The notes under the pieces were generated by a model. That model saw only the letters and a program-made list of their open reading frames with translations. It was not told where the DNA came from and searched no databases. From positions 6,512,001 through 6,576,000 of the forward strand of contig NC_087246.1 in assembly GCF_037042905.1 (NCBI RefSeq): a DNA stretch of 64,000 nt. The letters are read 5' to 3'. The position numbers were made by a program, and so were the translations under genes. How positions within the stretch are numbered: the first letter of the stretch is position 1; each line of letters begins with the position of its first letter. The stretch is from Lytechinus pictus (taxonomy: Eukaryota). Positions 62,760 to 64,000 of this stretch are shown piece after piece.

Positions 62760-63408
62760 TATATAAATTTCCCTCTTCAAAATATTCATGAGAATCCTAG
62801 ATAAACGATTGGTCAATTCACGATCATGTGACAAAGTATAATTCCAATAGGAAAGCACATCGCTGCAAATAACTCCGTATAATTTTCTTCTAGCTCCGGA
62901 TATATTTCGATATACTATCATGGGGAGAACTGCGCATGCTCATGCTTGATATGTTCCCTCAACGTTGAACTGCGCATGCTCCCTGACCCGATATCTGCAA
63001 AAATAAATAAACAAAATAAAATACAAGCTCTCGCTAATTACCGACAATCTGAGAAAAAAAAACGGCCTTTCATACAGGATTATTCAAATTATACCGTAAC
63101 ATGTAACAGGGTGAGTCAAGATCCGTCATAAGTTAGCCTGCGTGTTTACAATTTGATTTTGAGTGCAACTGCAGCGGCGCAGGGCAGCGGACCTCTCAAT
63201 AACTGCCGTCGGGTATTAGCCGCGCGCAGCCTACCCAGGAACTGGTTAGCATTAGCTCGACAGGCCTACATTGTTCTAGGACTAGGTCCGGCAACGTGAT
63301 AATTGGTTTAGATTGGTAACAAATCAGCAAGGACTAGGTCTACAAGTTAAAGAGGGATATAAAACAAATATACCAAATATGAATAATTCCCACTATACTT
63401 TCTCAAAT
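62760..63408 (+). mobile_element. Long-hairpin element family B, copy 3 (hairpin mostly deleted)
   Basis: Matches 53106-53800 (gattggtcaattc.cgatcatgtgacaa...aactgcgcatgctc...aaagagggatataaaacaaatata). Confidence 0.8.
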
Positions 63409-63494
63409 TTTGATGAAACTTTTTTCAATTGTTCCTCTCATTTTACTCTTTCCAATAAGAGTGCTCCTCTTCTTGGGTTTTGGTTTCCTTTAAT

Positions 63495-63830
63495 GGCAAT
63501 GCGCATTTAGCCAGTAAGCCCTGCGCATCTACATTTACTAAGCGCATGCATTGAATCTTAATTTCTATAATGACGTCACCTGTTCCTGACACTTGCAAGG
63601 TACATTATGGATGGTACGTGTGCAACGGTATGTTTGACATTCAGCCTCCCATTTGCTCGCGTACAAGCTAAGTAGGCGTTGTACAATTTACTATAATAAC
63701 AAGTGAACGTCCTATCATACAATATTACTGGACCTCGTGCAGGTCTATTTCACCTCGGCCTCGGTGAAATAAACCTGCACTCGGGATAATTGTATATTTG
63801 TCGTACTATAATCCAGTATATTGTACAATA
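63495..63830 (+). mobile_element. Long-hairpin element family C, copy 2 (3' part with hairpin)
   Basis: Matches 42431-42722. Hairpin gtgcaggtctatttcacc-tcggcctc-ggtgaaataaacctgcac. Confidence 0.75.
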
Positions 63831-64000
63831 GATTGTACACTATTTATATGATACATGTATGTAGGTATATATATATATGTTTGTACATATATATATATAA
63901 ATATATATATATACCTCTCCTACTGTCTTCTTTCGTTTCCCCTTTATGACGTATCCTTTTCGTCATCCTTTGTGCGCTTTTGCTCACTGTTTTGGATACG

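Overview
AT-rich, repeat-dense eukaryotic (animal) genomic DNA with spliceosomal introns. The repeat landscape resembles a marine invertebrate such as a sea urchin (inference). Three protein-coding genes are well supported, all in the first 23 kb: a spliced CD225/dispanin membrane protein (+, 126 aa), a divergent heparan sulfate 3-O-sulfotransferase-like gene (-, one coding exon) and an ABHD15-like alpha/beta-hydrolase lacking the nucleophile Ser (+, one coding exon). The last two are arranged head-to-head. The rest is mostly transposable elements: a tRNA-derived SINE, CR1/L2 LINE 3' fragments, TTAA Kolobok-like MITEs, Tc1/mariner-like and hAT-like MITEs, two internally deleted PIF/Harbinger elements, and a Helentron/HINE-like element with a 153-bp tandem array. 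There are also three sequence-unrelated families that share a long-hairpin architecture, and one tandem pair has its hairpin loop flipped. Possible decayed exons lie at 58-62.7 kb. All calls were made by eye without database searches.
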